The position numbers were made by a program, and so were the translations under genes. DNA of 64,000 bases from a virus: IMG/VR virus record IMGVR_UViG_3300042868_006787, positions 18,054-82,053 of that record. One strand, given 5' to 3'. The notes below the pieces were generated by a model that saw only the letters and a program-made list of their open reading frames with translations, did not search any database and had not been told where the DNA came from. Of this stretch, positions 9,742-20,587 are shown in pieces. Within the stretch, counting starts at the first letter, position 1; each line of letters begins with the position of its first letter.

Positions 9742-12700
9742 CAGTATCTATTCCCCCTCAATCTTTGAGCATCCATATTTCTAATTTGTGTAATTACTGT
9801 TCTTGCAATGTCGTCTGGGCTTGCAGAAGTTCCGTTTACCCCAACACTTAAACTATAATTATACACTGAAGTGTTGCTATTTTTTGCTGAGTTATTGCTA
9901 ACCACATTTACTGCAGGAGTTCCTCCAAGTGATAAACTTCCTGGATATTTAGACTCATTCATCCTTTCTAGTAATGGTCCAAATTTTTGTGAAGCAGCCC
10001 TATTCATGACAAATTCTCCTGGAGTAAGCATGGTAGGAACTTTATCTAGCATTCCACTTCCAGAAACAACGCCTCCATACATTTTTCCTGGAACTTTAAC
10101 TGTTGTTCCGTTAAAGATTGTATTTCCATTATTATATTTAGGATTGCTGGTTAATACTGGGTTTATGGCAAGCAATTCTTTTACGGTTGTATTGTTTGCC
10201 TTAGCAATACTAGATAATGTTTGTCCGTTTTTGGCTGTAACGCTTATAAGGTTTGTTTTGGCTGGGGGTTTGTCTTTCTCTTCGTCATTTTTAATTTTAT
10301 CCTTTGGGTCTTCAACTGCTCCTGTAATGCCTCCTAGATCTGCTGATGTTTTACTGCCTAGAGTCGCCCATAAAATTGCCATTCTCTTTAAAACGTTTTC
10401 TGCGCTTTCTAATGCTTTAATATAATCTTTAGTTTTAACTTCTGCACTTTTAATAGCAAGTTCTGCTTCTGCATATTTTAGTCTTTGTTGTTCAATAAGT
10501 TTTATTTCGTTATCAAGTAGTCCTTGTGCTTTTGCTAACTCCCCAACTTTTAAGTTATAGTTTTTATCTTGAAGCACAACAATTTCTGCTGCAACAACTG
10601 CCTGCTTTTGTTCTAGAGAGTATATTTCTTCTCCCAAGGTATAAATTTTTTGTTCAATTTGAAGTTTAGATAATCCGCCTGCTGATCTTAAAGCATTTAT
10701 TTCATTGGTTTGGGCAATCTCTAAAGCATTTAAACTTTGCTCTTTTGCATAAACCTGTTCTTGATTTCTAATATCTTGTACTATTTGTGCTGCCTGAGAA
10801 ATATCTCCAGTTGTTAATGCATCAGCAAGGGAAATTTTAGACTTTTGTTGATCGGCAATTCTTTGGTTAATTGAATAAACTTGCTCTAAAGCGTCCCTCT
10901 GTTTGCCATATTTTTCAGTTATTGTTGAGGCTGTTTTTTCTATTAAGGAAAGATCGTGGTTTAGTTCTGTGATTTCAGACTGACGTTGTTGAATTGGTCT
11001 GTCATAAGTGATCTCAGAGTAGCGTTGTTTGGCCTCTATTGCTTTTTCGTTTGCTTCAATTAAACCATTTACTCTATCAATTTCTGGTTGATATTTAGCC
11101 CTAGCCTGCTGTTCTTGAACATCTAGCATTTCACTAACTTTGGCCATATCATTTCTAAATGCTGTAATTGGGTCATTTTGTCTTGCTGTTTTATCAATTA
11201 AATCTTTTGCAGTTTTATATGTTTCTATCCACTTTTCTAACTCTTTAATATCTTTTATACGTGAAATAGCAATTGCCAAGTTTGCATCAGCAACTAACTC
11301 TAAGGCCTGTGCTTGATTTACTCCTGCTGCAGTTAACCTTACAAATGCAGTTCTTTGTGCTTGCGCTCCATTAATTGCATTTATTTGTTCAGCATTAAAT
11401 AAACCAAGTGCCTTTTCGTCAAATGCTTTTTGAGCAGCCTTTCCCAAAGCAGTTATTGTAACTATGCCATCTTTTGCCACTTTAATTAACTTATTTTGAA
11501 TTGCTTTTTCTGCTCCGCCGACCCAATCAATAAAATCTGTATTTGCACCAAGGCTTGCTAATTGTTGATCAATGCCATTAAATATTTTAATGTCTTTGGC
11601 TCCACCAAGAACTCTTAGAAGTTCTCCTGCGCCTTTAGTTGCATTTATTGTGGCATCTCTTGTTCTCTTAAGATTAATTAAAATATCGTCAAATGTGGTA
11701 TCTCTATTGCCACTTTGTACATTTTTATTACCACCTGGGATTGTGTTATCTATACTAATCTTTGTTACTTTTTGTGCAAGTTCGGCCAAATAATCTAATA
11801 CAGTTTTGTCTGGATTTTGTGTTAGCCAATTTTGAATTGCTTCTGCATTATTGCCCTCAATGTTTGCTACTGTCGTAAGTGTCTGCAAATATACCTTTTG
11901 TTGTTCTGGTGGAAGGTTGCTAAAATATTCTTGATCTTTTCTTAAAACCTCCATCTCTTTTGCCCCTAATATTTTTGTTGCAATTTCTAAATCAATTTTT
12001 CCTTTTTGCTCATTAATTTTATCTATTGTTGATTGTAGGTTTGCTGCTTCAATTGGATTATTACTATAATATGTTAATGCAACTTCAATATCCATAACAT
12101 TTCCAACCCTACTTATATCTGCAAAAAGTTTTAGATATTTTTCTGCTTCTTCTGAAGTTTTACCACTAATGTCCGCAATAAATTTTGTCTGCTGTTCTTT
12201 AAGCGGATTTCCATTTTTATCCTGGAATAGGTTAACAACTGACATGGCTTGATTAGCAAAAGCACCACCAAACTTTGTAACAATATTCATAACTTTGGTT
12301 AAAGTTTCTGAATCTTGTCCAAATGTTTCCATTAAATTAACAATTTGCATTGGGTCCATTTGACCAGATGCTAGTTGCATTTTTAAAGTAAATTGTGCTT
12401 CTTTAGACAAAGACGAACCACCTAATAAATCTGTAGCAAGCGGTGCTATATCTGCCATAGCAGTATCTTTATATTTACTTGTAATCTGTTTGTCTAATCC
12501 AGTTTCAAGCGCTCCACGAACTGCTCCAGATGAATTTTTATATGTGTTTTGTATATCTGTAACTAATTTTCCATTTTGCTCAAGCAGTGTAGTGTTTGCT
12601 CGTTGATATTCATTTTGCAATTGAATTGCTTTTACAGTGTCTCCAGCAGCCTTAGCGTTAGCAATTCTTTGTTCATACTCAAGTCTTAAAGAGTCTTGCA

Positions 12701-15700
12701 TTTGTTGGCTTTGTTCTAAAGCCATTTTTTGCATAGCAACATTTGCTCCAGATGCCCTGCCAAGTTTTTCTTGTTGTCCTTTTTGACTATACCATAATGC
12801 TCCAGCACCAATTGCTGCACCGATTGCTGCGCCAATTGCAGTTCCAACAACTGGAACAACTGATCCAGCAGTGGCACCAACTGCTGTAGCCCCTAACACT
12901 CCACCGCCAATCGCACCCATTGCACCTAAACCTATTGCGCCAACCTTTGTTTGTGTTTTTGTCATTGCTCCTGCTCCAGCAGATGATAAAAGTTTTGATT
13001 GTTTTGCCAAACCTTGACGTGATTCTTCCATCAGCGTTACTCTTAACTTTAATGGGTCTTTCATTAGATTTTCTCCATTAACGCCAATCAAATCTATAAG
13101 TTTTGCATTAACACTAATTCCAAATGAATAGTCTCCTATTTCTGATGCTATGTTGGCAGCAATACTTCTGGCTTGTGCTGGATTAATTGCGCCCGCAGCA
13201 ATTCCGGTTGCTAACTGATTTAATAATTGCCCCTGTGCAGATTGAGTCCCCCCAGTTTTAATAGATTCAGAAACACCAGACACCATAGATTTGCCTGTTT
13301 CAGACTTAACAAAGTTTTCGCCAAATGTTGTTTTACCAGTTTGGACTGCAAAAGGATTAAGAAGATTCCCCCTTCTTCTATCCATAATTTCTCCAGCACT
13401 TACCCTGTTTGAAAATATAGCAAGATCTTGTATTGCCTTATCTCCACTTCCCATCGCCTCAGACATTTTCATAGCACTATCTTGTGCGCTATCAAATGCC
13501 CTTCTAATAAGAACAACAGATGCTGCTAACGCTGTTAATCCTGCTGCTGCTGCACCTAGTGGATTTGCAAGCATTGGAGCAATCATTGCTAACCCAGAAA
13601 CTCCCATAGCAACATTTCCTAAACCAGTATTTCCTGTGGCATAACCAGCCATTGCAGCAGTTCCTGCAACCATAGACATTGGACCTGCTATGCTGGTCAT
13701 ACGGTTCATTCTTTGTGCTTTTGCTTCTCTTTTTGATTGTTTATCATTTTGTGTATTTTCTTTAGATGAATCAGTATTTTTTTCTATTGCATCAATAAGT
13801 TTAGATTCTGGAACATATAGGCCACTTGCAGTTTGTGAAAATGATTTTCCAGTCATTAAGGATGAATCTTCTGCTCCACCCATTGCACCAGAAAATCTTG
13901 GACCCTTGACGCCGTATGGAAAAATTCTTGCCAAATTAGATGTAGGCATAAGTCTTGTATCTCTTGGATTTGCTGTTATTGTTTTACCACTTGGTTTTGG
14001 TTCTCCAGTTTGTCCACCAACTACGCCAGTTTTTCCATCTTTAGTTTGATAAATTTCTCCTTTGGCTACTGCCAGAGTAGATGCTGTAGATTGGTAGCCT
14101 TTTGCTAAAGATTTATCTGAAAAATAAATTCTATTGGCCTTTGACCCACGACCAAGACTTACCTCTTTTCCATCATTAGTTGTAACAATAAGACTCTTTG
14201 TTCCAGTTGCTCCAGATTGTCTTTGTCTTGTTTCAACTCTAAAATCTTTAATAATCCCAGCACGTTTTGCTTGCTCTAAAACTTGAGCGCTAGTTTGAGG
14301 GGTAGACCCTAATCCTTTTCCTAAAGAGTATCCGCCAATTCTGTCATACTGACTTAGCATTTTTTGATATGCTGGAGTAGATTTAATATTGTCAGGAACA
14401 TTCTTAAAAGCATTTTCTATAACAGCATCAGTAACCCTTGGAGATCTTCTTATTTGATCCATCATTGCTGAATCAATTGCTTGAGTTTGTGATGAAGTTA
14501 GTCCTGAAGGTGCCCACTTGTTTGGGCGACTTGCCCATTCTCTTTCAAAATCGCCTAACGACACACCATTTCTTGTTGCCAAACCTTTATTTAGGTTAGG
14601 ATCAAATGAAAGTGCTAAAGAACCATATGCTCTTGCTTCTGGAGATTTTCCTGTTGCTTTTAACACATCTCTATATACTTGGGCTTGAAGTTTTTCATTT
14701 TCTGTTAGTCTTCCTTGTGCAATTATGTCATCTATATTTGTTAATCTTCCCCCGCCTACGTGAGTATAGTCATCTCCTGCAGAAACAGTTCCCTTTCCGT
14801 ATTTTTTAATTTTTCCAGTAACAAGCGCTGCCACAAGTGGTTTATATCTATTATCTTGTGCAGTATCTGTAGGAATAACAGCCTCTCCTGGCATTAATAA
14901 AGATGGGACAGAATCTTTTCCTGGAGTTCCACCGACAACGCCAGTTGTGCCTGATGCAAATTTCTTAGGGCCAAGATTTCTAAATCCTGGATTCATCATT
15001 CCTGGATTTGTTCTGGCAAAATTTGCTGCTGCTACTGTTGCGTCAATATATGCTTTTCTTAATGCTTGAACTGCTACTGCTTCTATTGTAAATGATTGAG
15101 TAAGTCTGTTGTGCGCCTGATCCAATGAAGTTGCAACTGTTGCTGCTTCTAGTTGTTCTGAATTTAAATAATTTGTTTGATCAGCCAAAACTTTGGTACT
15201 AGCCCCAGATTTTAAAAATCCAGCCCTTAGTGTTCCAAACAATTTAACAATATTTGCCGTAGCATTTAAAACTAAACCAAATGTCATTAACAACACAGGG
15301 CCAATAACTCCAACTAAAGTTCCTGCTACAACAATAAACTTTTTAGTACCTTCACTCAAATTATCAAATTTATCTAATAAGGATCCTATAACCTTTACCA
15401 TAGGAGTTACGGCTTGCAAAAATGTTTTTCCTATTGGCGCAATTGCAACTTTTAATTTTTCAACAGATTCTCTAAAGTCAGTTCCTATAGCATTTTCTAC
15501 AGTCTTTAATTCTCGTTCAGATAAAATTGCAAGTTCTTCAATTGACGCTGAGGCAAGGCCTAAGACCTTAGAAGCCTGAGTGCCTTCTTTTGTTATGTTC
15601 TGAAATAGTGTTGATAAACGTGAAAATTGAAACTTGCCGAATAGTTGTTCAATTGCACGGGAGCGATTTAGCGGATCTAGTGTGTCTAATGCCTGAGCAA

Positions 15701-16964
15701 AATCTACAACTGTTTCTCTAATATTGCCTTGGTTGCCCTCAACAATTGCTTTAATGTTAACTCCAAAACCAGCCAACATTTCGCTAGCCTTTTTGCTTGG
15801 ATTAATTAATGATGCAAGACCAGACTTAAGTGCGTTAGCGCCTTCTGATGCATTAATTCCTCCTTCTTTCATTGCGGTTAAGAAAAATGCTAAATCTTCA
15901 ACAGATCCGCCAAGTTGTTTTATTACTGGGCCTGCTTTGGGGATTGCAACAGTTAAATCTTCAATAGATACTACAGTTTGGTTTTCTACTGCGTTAAGGA
16001 AGTTAATTTTACTTGCTAGGTCTTCTGCTGCTATTCCAAAAGCGTTTGTTACTGATATGGTCGTTTCTAGTGCTTGTTCTTGTTCTACCCCGCCAAGAAC
16101 TGCAAGACGAGTTGCTTGTGCTACTTGTGCTGTAAGGTCTGCTCCAGTTTTACCCATTGCTGCTGCTTTGGCAGCCATTTCCATAGTTTCAGTAACTGCG
16201 ACACCATATTTAGTAAACCCTTCAGCAAGAAGTTGTATTTCTTTTAATGCTTTATTAGTTTCATCTGCAGTTGTAAAAATATCTCCATAGACACGTTTAA
16301 ATTTAATGGCTTGTGCTTCAAGATCCATAAATGTTTTTGATGCTGCTGTTCCAAAATATGCAAGTGGTATTGTAAAACCTACCATTAATTGACGACCTGC
16401 CCACTGAGTGTTTTTACCAAAATTTAAAAGATTTGTAGATCCTTGCTTTAATAGTTGATTAAATAATGCTTGTTTCTGTGCTGCTAGCGCTGTTTTAGTT
16501 GCATAGTCATTCATGTCCAATGTTCTTGGAGTAATTGACATTGCCTTAATTGCTCCAGATGCATCACGACCCATTTTAATATATTGAGTCTGCATCTTTT
16601 TAACACGTTCTTCAGCAACTTTCCCGATAGTGTTAAATTCTTGTTTAAATAATTTTCCAAAAGTTCTGGTAGATCCGCCTGCATAACGGAAATACTCACG
16701 CATTGAAAGTTTGTTTGTTTCAAGTGAGTGAGTAAAGGATTCTGTAGAACTTCTTACTAATCCCATTTGGGCAGTAAATTTGCCCGTAGCATTAATTGAA
16801 TTTAAAAGATTAGTAGATAGATTTTTTTGCGCTGCGACAGAGGCTGCGCTGCCTTTTGATAGAGATGAATGAAAGGCTGCTAGTTGCCTCTGTAAACTTT
16901 TTAATTCTGCTAAAGCGGCGGATGCATCTATACTTACGCCAATTTTAGCGTTTACATCAGCCAT
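9741..16964 (-). CDS. Tail tape measure protein with C-terminal LysM domain
   Basis: 2407 aa, Ala/Gly-rich helical; TP901-like core (GINASEGANALKS); two G..D.VP..L.PGE.V motifs; LysM GQTLSSIAKANNTTVKELLAINP...IFNGTTVKVP. Confidence 0.95.
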   Translation of the reverse strand: MADVNAKIGVSIDASAALAELKSLQRQLAAFHSSLSKGSAASVAAQKNLSTNLLNSINATGKFTAQMGLVRSSTESFTHSLETNKLSMREYFRYAGGSTRTFGKLFKQEFNTIGKVAEERVKKMQTQYIKMGRDASGAIKAMSITPRTLDMNDYATKTALAAQKQALFNQLLKQGSTNLLNFGKNTQWAGRQLMVGFTIPLAYFGTAASKTFMDLEAQAIKFKRVYGDIFTTADETNKALKEIQLLAEGFTKYGVAVTETMEMAAKAAAMGKTGADLTAQVAQATRLAVLGGVEQEQALETTISVTNAFGIAAEDLASKINFLNAVENQTVVSIEDLTVAIPKAGPVIKQLGGSVEDLAFFLTAMKEGGINASEGANALKSGLASLINPSKKASEMLAGFGVNIKAIVEGNQGNIRETVVDFAQALDTLDPLNRSRAIEQLFGKFQFSRLSTLFQNITKEGTQASKVLGLASASIEELAILSERELKTVENAIGTDFRESVEKLKVAIAPIGKTFLQAVTPMVKVIGSLLDKFDNLSEGTKKFIVVAGTLVGVIGPVLLMTFGLVLNATANIVKLFGTLRAGFLKSGASTKVLADQTNYLNSEQLEAATVATSLDQAHNRLTQSFTIEAVAVQALRKAYIDATVAAANFARTNPGMMNPGFRNLGPKKFASGTTGVVGGTPGKDSVPSLLMPGEAVIPTDTAQDNRYKPLVAALVTGKIKKYGKGTVSAGDDYTHVGGGRLTNIDDIIAQGRLTENEKLQAQVYRDVLKATGKSPEARAYGSLALSFDPNLNKGLATRNGVSLGDFEREWASRPNKWAPSGLTSSQTQAIDSAMMDQIRRSPRVTDAVIENAFKNVPDNIKSTPAYQKMLSQYDRIGGYSLGKGLGSTPQTSAQVLEQAKRAGIIKDFRVETRQRQSGATGTKSLIVTTNDGKEVSLGRGSKANRIYFSDKSLAKGYQSTASTLAVAKGEIYQTKDGKTGVVGGQTGEPKPSGKTITANPRDTRLMPTSNLARIFPYGVKGPRFSGAMGGAEDSSLMTGKSFSQTASGLYVPESKLIDAIEKNTDSSKENTQNDKQSKREAKAQRMNRMTSIAGPMSMVAGTAAMAGYATGNTGLGNVAMGVSGLAMIAPMLANPLGAAAAGLTALAASVVLIRRAFDSAQDSAMKMSEAMGSGDKAIQDLAIFSNRVSAGEIMDRRRGNLLNPFAVQTGKTTFGENFVKSETGKSMVSGVSESIKTGGTQSAQGQLLNQLATGIAAGAINPAQARSIAANIASEIGDYSFGISVNAKLIDLIGVNGENLMKDPLKLRVTLMEESRQGLAKQSKLLSSAGAGAMTKTQTKVGAIGLGAMGAIGGGVLGATAVGATAGSVVPVVGTAIGAAIGAAIGAGALWYSQKGQQEKLGRASGANVAMQKMALEQSQQMQDSLRLEYEQRIANAKAAGDTVKAIQLQNEYQRANTTLLEQNGKLVTDIQNTYKNSSGAVRGALETGLDKQITSKYKDTAMADIAPLATDLLGGSSLSKEAQFTLKMQLASGQMDPMQIVNLMETFGQDSETLTKVMNIVTKFGGAFANQAMSVVNLFQDKNGNPLKEQQTKFIADISGKTSEEAEKYLKLFADISRVGNVMDIEVALTYYSNNPIEAANLQSTIDKINEQKGKIDLEIATKILGAKEMEVLRKDQEYFSNLPPEQQKVYLQTLTTVANIEGNNAEAIQNWLTQNPDKTVLDYLAELAQKVTKISIDNTIPGGNKNVQSGNRDTTFDDILINLKRTRDATINATKGAGELLRVLGGAKDIKIFNGIDQQLASLGANTDFIDWVGGAEKAIQNKLIKVAKDGIVTITALGKAAQKAFDEKALGLFNAEQINAINGAQAQRTAFVRLTAAGVNQAQALELVADANLAIAISRIKDIKELEKWIETYKTAKDLIDKTARQNDPITAFRNDMAKVSEMLDVQEQQARAKYQPEIDRVNGLIEANEKAIEAKQRYSEITYDRPIQQRQSEITELNHDLSLIEKTASTITEKYGKQRDALEQVYSINQRIADQQKSKISLADALTTGDISQAAQIVQDIRNQEQVYAKEQSLNALEIAQTNEINALRSAGGLSKLQIEQKIYTLGEEIYSLEQKQAVVAAEIVVLQDKNYNLKVGELAKAQGLLDNEIKLIEQQRLKYAEAELAIKSAEVKTKDYIKALESAENVLKRMAILWATLGSKTSADLGGITGAVEDPKDKIKNDEEKDKPPAKTNLISVTAKNGQTLSSIAKANNTTVKELLAINPVLTSNPKYNNGNTIFNGTTVKVPGKMYGGVVSGSGMLDKVPTMLTPGEFVMNRAASQKFGPLLERMNESKYPGSLSLGGTPAVNVVSNNSAKNSNTSVYNYSLSVGVNGTSASPDDIARTVITQIRNMDAQRLRGNRY

Positions 16965-16983
16965 TCATTTACACCCCGTTTAT

Positions 16984-17319
16984 TTATTCGTTATTTGCAA
17001 GTACTGTATTTAAAAGAGCATTTGCATCTGCTAATTTAATTCCAGAGGCTGCTTCAATAATTTTATAAGTTGTTGGAAGATCTAATATTTCTTCTAACTT
17101 ATCAATGTCTTTAGATAATTCAGGACTAAATTGCTCCATAGCAATTTGAGCACATTCTACGAGTAATGTCATAGACTTATCATTATCTTCGGCTACTGCT
17201 GCGACCTGCTCAAACTTCTTCATAAATGGTCTTAACAACGAAAGTTTTAGTGGTCTAACACTAATCTTTGTTCCATCCATCAAGACGAGTTCTGTTCCTT
17301 CTGATTTTACTGTTGGCAT
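16984..17319 (-). CDS. Tail assembly chaperone (short form)
   Basis: Between tail tube and tape measure; paralogous to the N-half of 17381-18061. Confidence 0.75.
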   Translation of the reverse strand: MPTVKSEGTELVLMDGTKISVRPLKLSLLRPFMKKFEQVAAVAEDNDKSMTLLVECAQIAMEQFSPELSKDIDKLEEILDLPTTYKIIEAASGIKLADANALLNTVLANNE

Positions 17320-17380
17320 ATACTTCCCTTCCTGTTTAGGTTGAACTTAATTATATCACAAAACCTTGTTTTTTTATACA

Positions 17381-18061
17381 TTAATTTAGATTTTCATAAT
17401 CTAACCCCATGCCAATGCCAAAGCCTGCTCTCCTCGCTTTGTCGCCTTTATAGGTAAGAATGTCATTATCTTGTCTTCCGCCATTAAATACTTTATTTTT
17501 TAACTTAGTCCAGGGGTCTTCTTCTTGTGGTTTATTCTTATCTAAATCAATACCCTGGATAGCAGCAAGAAATTTTTTCTCTTCATTATCAACTTCTCTT
17601 TTTGATTTAAGAATGGCCATTAGTTCTGGCATAGATATAGAAGTTTCTAATTCATTGTAGTCTTTCCATATTCCCAGCAAAAATGCTTCTGATTCTAATT
17701 TTACTAAATCTAGATCTGCCCAAACCGATTTGTCCTCTGTAACGTTTTTTGCCACGGAATCTTTTGAGTCTTTATTGACTTTGATCCCTGCTGCTACATC
17801 TAATATTTCAAATATTGTCGGCATGTCAAAATTGTCCTCTACATCTTTTTTATTTTTAGACCATTCTGGATGAAACTGTTTCATGCATATTCTAATGCAC
17901 TCAATCAAAACATCTGTGGCTTCATCATCGCCATTAGTATCTTTGACTAATTGAAAGGTATCCATAAATTCCCTTAAATATTTAATTTTTAAAGGACTAA
18001 CTTCTATTTCAAAATTATCAACAGAGTATACATTTTTAATATCATAAACAGTGTTTGCCAT
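17381..18061 (-). CDS. Tail assembly chaperone (long, GT-like form)
   Basis: N-half paralogous to 16984-17319; C-half W.DY.ELE..ISMPEL resembles a T-like domain. Confidence 0.7.
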   Translation of the reverse strand: MANTVYDIKNVYSVDNFEIEVSPLKIKYLREFMDTFQLVKDTNGDDEATDVLIECIRICMKQFHPEWSKNKKDVEDNFDMPTIFEILDVAAGIKVNKDSKDSVAKNVTEDKSVWADLDLVKLESEAFLLGIWKDYNELETSISMPELMAILKSKREVDNEEKKFLAAIQGIDLDKNKPQEEDPWTKLKNKVFNGGRQDNDILTYKGDKARRAGFGIGMGLDYENLN

Positions 18062-18076
18062 AATTCCATTATATCA

Positions 18077-18109
18077 AAAAAAAGACCCACCAGTTTGACT
18101 AGTGGGCCC
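18077..18109 (-). terminator. Intrinsic terminator after the tail tube gene
   Basis: GGGCCCACTAG-TCAAA-CTGGTGGGTCT hairpin followed by a T run on the minus strand. Confidence 0.8.
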
Positions 18110-18130
18110 TTCTTTTCTTTATTAAGTTTT

Positions 18131-18775
18131 TTATGAACCTTGGATTGTACGGTCAATAATTTTTCCGTAAGATCCTGTTGAGTCTTCTGGTAGAAGACGG
18201 AAAGTAACATCAAACATTGTTGCTGTGTCACGCTTTGCTGATACTGTAACATTTTCAATAGAAAGTGCACGGTATGCAACATAAACACGCTCAACGCTAG
18301 ATGACTCGTCACAATCACCTGTTCCTGGACCTACTGCAATCAAAGCACGCTCTACTGGACATTCACCGATATCGCCAGAAGCGAGGTTGAGTGTGCGTCC
18401 TGCAGATGTTGTTTTGCTGCCTGAAAGATCATCGCCTTGTCCTGCGATTGAGAACAATAGATTTTCTAGAGTTGCTTCTGCAAAAGAAGTAGCAAGTGTT
18501 ACTTGCATACCTTGTTTGTAAAGTTTTGCAACGTCAAGAATTTGGTCTACTTGAACTTCGCCGAAATCAGGTTGGAATGTGATTTCAATACCATTACTTG
18601 TATATCCTACGTTTTCAATTCCGCCAGCGATATTAGCGCTATTAGATAGAGTCGTTTTGTAAGACTCAGTTGAAACGAAAGCAGGGACAGTTCCTGGTGT
18701 TAATGTACTATCTGCTGTAAACAGTGCAGCAGCGCCAACGATAATATCGCTAGATGTACCTCTTGTATATGCCAT
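18131..18775 (-). CDS. Major tail (tube) protein
   Basis: VGYTSNGIEITFQP...VDQ...TSFAEATLENL pattern; RBS GAGG; followed by a terminator. Confidence 0.85.
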   Translation of the reverse strand: MAYTRGTSSDIIVGAAALFTADSTLTPGTVPAFVSTESYKTTLSNSANIAGGIENVGYTSNGIEITFQPDFGEVQVDQILDVAKLYKQGMQVTLATSFAEATLENLLFSIAGQGDDLSGSKTTSAGRTLNLASGDIGECPVERALIAVGPGTGDCDESSSVERVYVAYRALSIENVTVSAKRDTATMFDVTFRLLPEDSTGSYGKIIDRTIQGS

Positions 18776-18844
18776 TTATTCACCTCTTTTTGTGGTTAGT
18801 ATATGGACGATTTGTTTCCTCATCCATAATTATACAGCCTTTTA

Positions 18845-19459
18845 TTATGATTCTTCTTGTGGCCATTGTGGATGTAATGGCCTATCAAATTCAAGAAAGT
18901 CTATATTGTCTTTTAGATGATAGTCGTATTCTACTATGTACTTGTGAACACTTCCCCTTCTGTATCCGTCCAACTCAACCAAGTCTTGAGACTCGTCTGC
19001 TTGAAAGACCCTGATGCTTCTAAAAAATACTTTCATGGGTAACTCTTTTGCAACAAGGCTTGCTTTGTTATCGGTCATCCATTTATTTAAATCTTGAGCA
19101 GAGTAGTCTTCTCGATCTAGGACCGCTAGCATTACATTTCCAATATTAGTACAACTTTCAATATCTCCGTATACTGTATACAAAACTTGCTCTCTTTTGC
19201 CTACTGGAAAAGCGCTAGATCTTAGGCGCATCATTCGGTCATAAAATAAAACAGCAGGAAGTTTTTCATTTGCCGATGTCTGTAAATCCTGATAAATGTC
19301 TGAAATATTAACTGCTTGTGCTGCAGGCAAAAATGGAATATATGATGGTACATTTGGATTTATAGCCATGTTTATATCTTCATATTTACTAAATTGCTCA
19401 TGCAAATACTCATTGATATATGATGCTGGAAAATCAAAGTTTGCTCTGGCGAGTACCAT
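18845..19459 (-). CDS. Putative tail terminator/completion protein
   Basis: Position immediately upstream of the tail tube gene. Confidence 0.5.
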   Translation of the reverse strand: MVLARANFDFPASYINEYLHEQFSKYEDINMAINPNVPSYIPFLPAAQAVNISDIYQDLQTSANEKLPAVLFYDRMMRLRSSAFPVGKREQVLYTVYGDIESCTNIGNVMLAVLDREDYSAQDLNKWMTDNKASLVAKELPMKVFFRSIRVFQADESQDLVELDGYRRGSVHKYIVEYDYHLKDNIDFLEFDRPLHPQWPQEES

Positions 19460-19463
19460 ATTA

Positions 19464-20141
19464 CTATTCTACCTCAACTTTTGCATTAACCATCCATTTA
19501 AATCCCGTTGCTTTTCCTACTGACCTACCGCCTTTAATTCCTGCTGTAAAATTCTTTTTATATATCTTAGGATTATCTAGGTATTGATAAAGGCCTGTTG
19601 AGGTTAAAAATGATTGAGCAAAGTATGTGTTCATAAATCCATCAAATACTTTTTCGTAAGACCCTTTAACCTCTCTTCCTCCAGGGGAGTTATTAACTAT
19701 TGTTTTTTTAGTAAATACTGTGACTCCGTCGTCCTCAAAAACAAGGACATTGCTATTCTTTGGCTTTATAACAACAGGAACTCCTTCTTCCATAATTTTT
19801 GCCTTATTATAAAATGGTTCATAAGATCCAGATTGAATAGATTGAGATTGTCTAAATTTAGAAGTAATAGATATTCCTAGACTTGTTACTCTATATTCAA
19901 TGTCAAACAATCTTTGTCCCCTATTGCCTGTTTGGTACCATTCATATACGTGGTGCAATGCTTGTGGGTTACCTCTTGCCATAGCGTCTATGTATAATTT
20001 TAATCCCTCAATAGTTCCCCTTGCAAGATTATCTAAAAATATTTTTTTGCCATCTTCGGCTCCTTCTAAAAATCCAAAGGAGTACTCAACCATATTGTCT
20101 AGTTGTTTTTGAAAAAGTTTAGTATTTAACCTAACTAACAT
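19464..20141 (-). CDS. Putative head-tail joining/neck protein
   Basis: Synteny; start placed at MLVRLN overlapping the upstream stop. Confidence 0.5.
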   Translation of the reverse strand: MLVRLNTKLFQKQLDNMVEYSFGFLEGAEDGKKIFLDNLARGTIEGLKLYIDAMARGNPQALHHVYEWYQTGNRGQRLFDIEYRVTSLGISITSKFRQSQSIQSGSYEPFYNKAKIMEEGVPVVIKPKNSNVLVFEDDGVTVFTKKTIVNNSPGGREVKGSYEKVFDGFMNTYFAQSFLTSTGLYQYLDNPKIYKKNFTAGIKGGRSVGKATGFKWMVNAKVEVE

Positions 20142-20587
20142 TAATCTACCGACGCTTGGCTTTCGGTACGTCTCCAAACCATCTGATATGACTCTACGTT
20201 TCCAAAAGGGCCGACAAAGGGCTGTATTGTTGCAATTTCATAGATTGTACCTTTTCCAGAACGAATACCAGATGTTTCTTTATATATCATATTTCCATGC
20301 ATATCTCTTACGTTTGTAATCAATATGTCAGTAATTGCATATGGCTTATCAAGAGATGAAATTCTTAGATCTGTTGAGGATCTTGCAATTAGTTTGTTGT
20401 TAAGTTGAGAAATCATTTTTGGATCTAATTCTTCAATATTTTTTCTAGTAGAAGGGGCAGCATTGCAGGCAATTGTTCTATCGACTAGCCATTCTTTTTT
20501 TATTTCTCCATAACCACCTTGGGTAGATATTGCATAATAAATATCTGCACACATTGGATGTATAAAGTCATTTGGTTCGCATAACAT
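20141..20587 (-). CDS. Putative head closure (stopper) protein
   Basis: Synteny and size (148 aa). Confidence 0.5.
   Translation of the reverse strand: MLCEPNDFIHPMCADIYYAISTQGGYGEIKKEWLVDRTIACNAAPSTRKNIEELDPKMISQLNNKLIARSSTDLRISSLDKPYAITDILITNVRDMHGNMIYKETSGIRSGKGTIYEIATIQPFVGPFGNVESYQMVWRRTESQASVD

Noticed and set aside
9871-16290. Long plus-strand ORFs opposite the tape measure gene, and similar ones opposite the capsid and fibre genes
   Set aside because: Antisense shadows of codon-biased genes; no RBS or recognisable motifs.
17319-17400. Programmed frameshift between the tail chaperone genes
   Set aside because: The genes are separated by an intergenic region with its own promoter and SD, and the long form is upstream, so no frameshift is needed.
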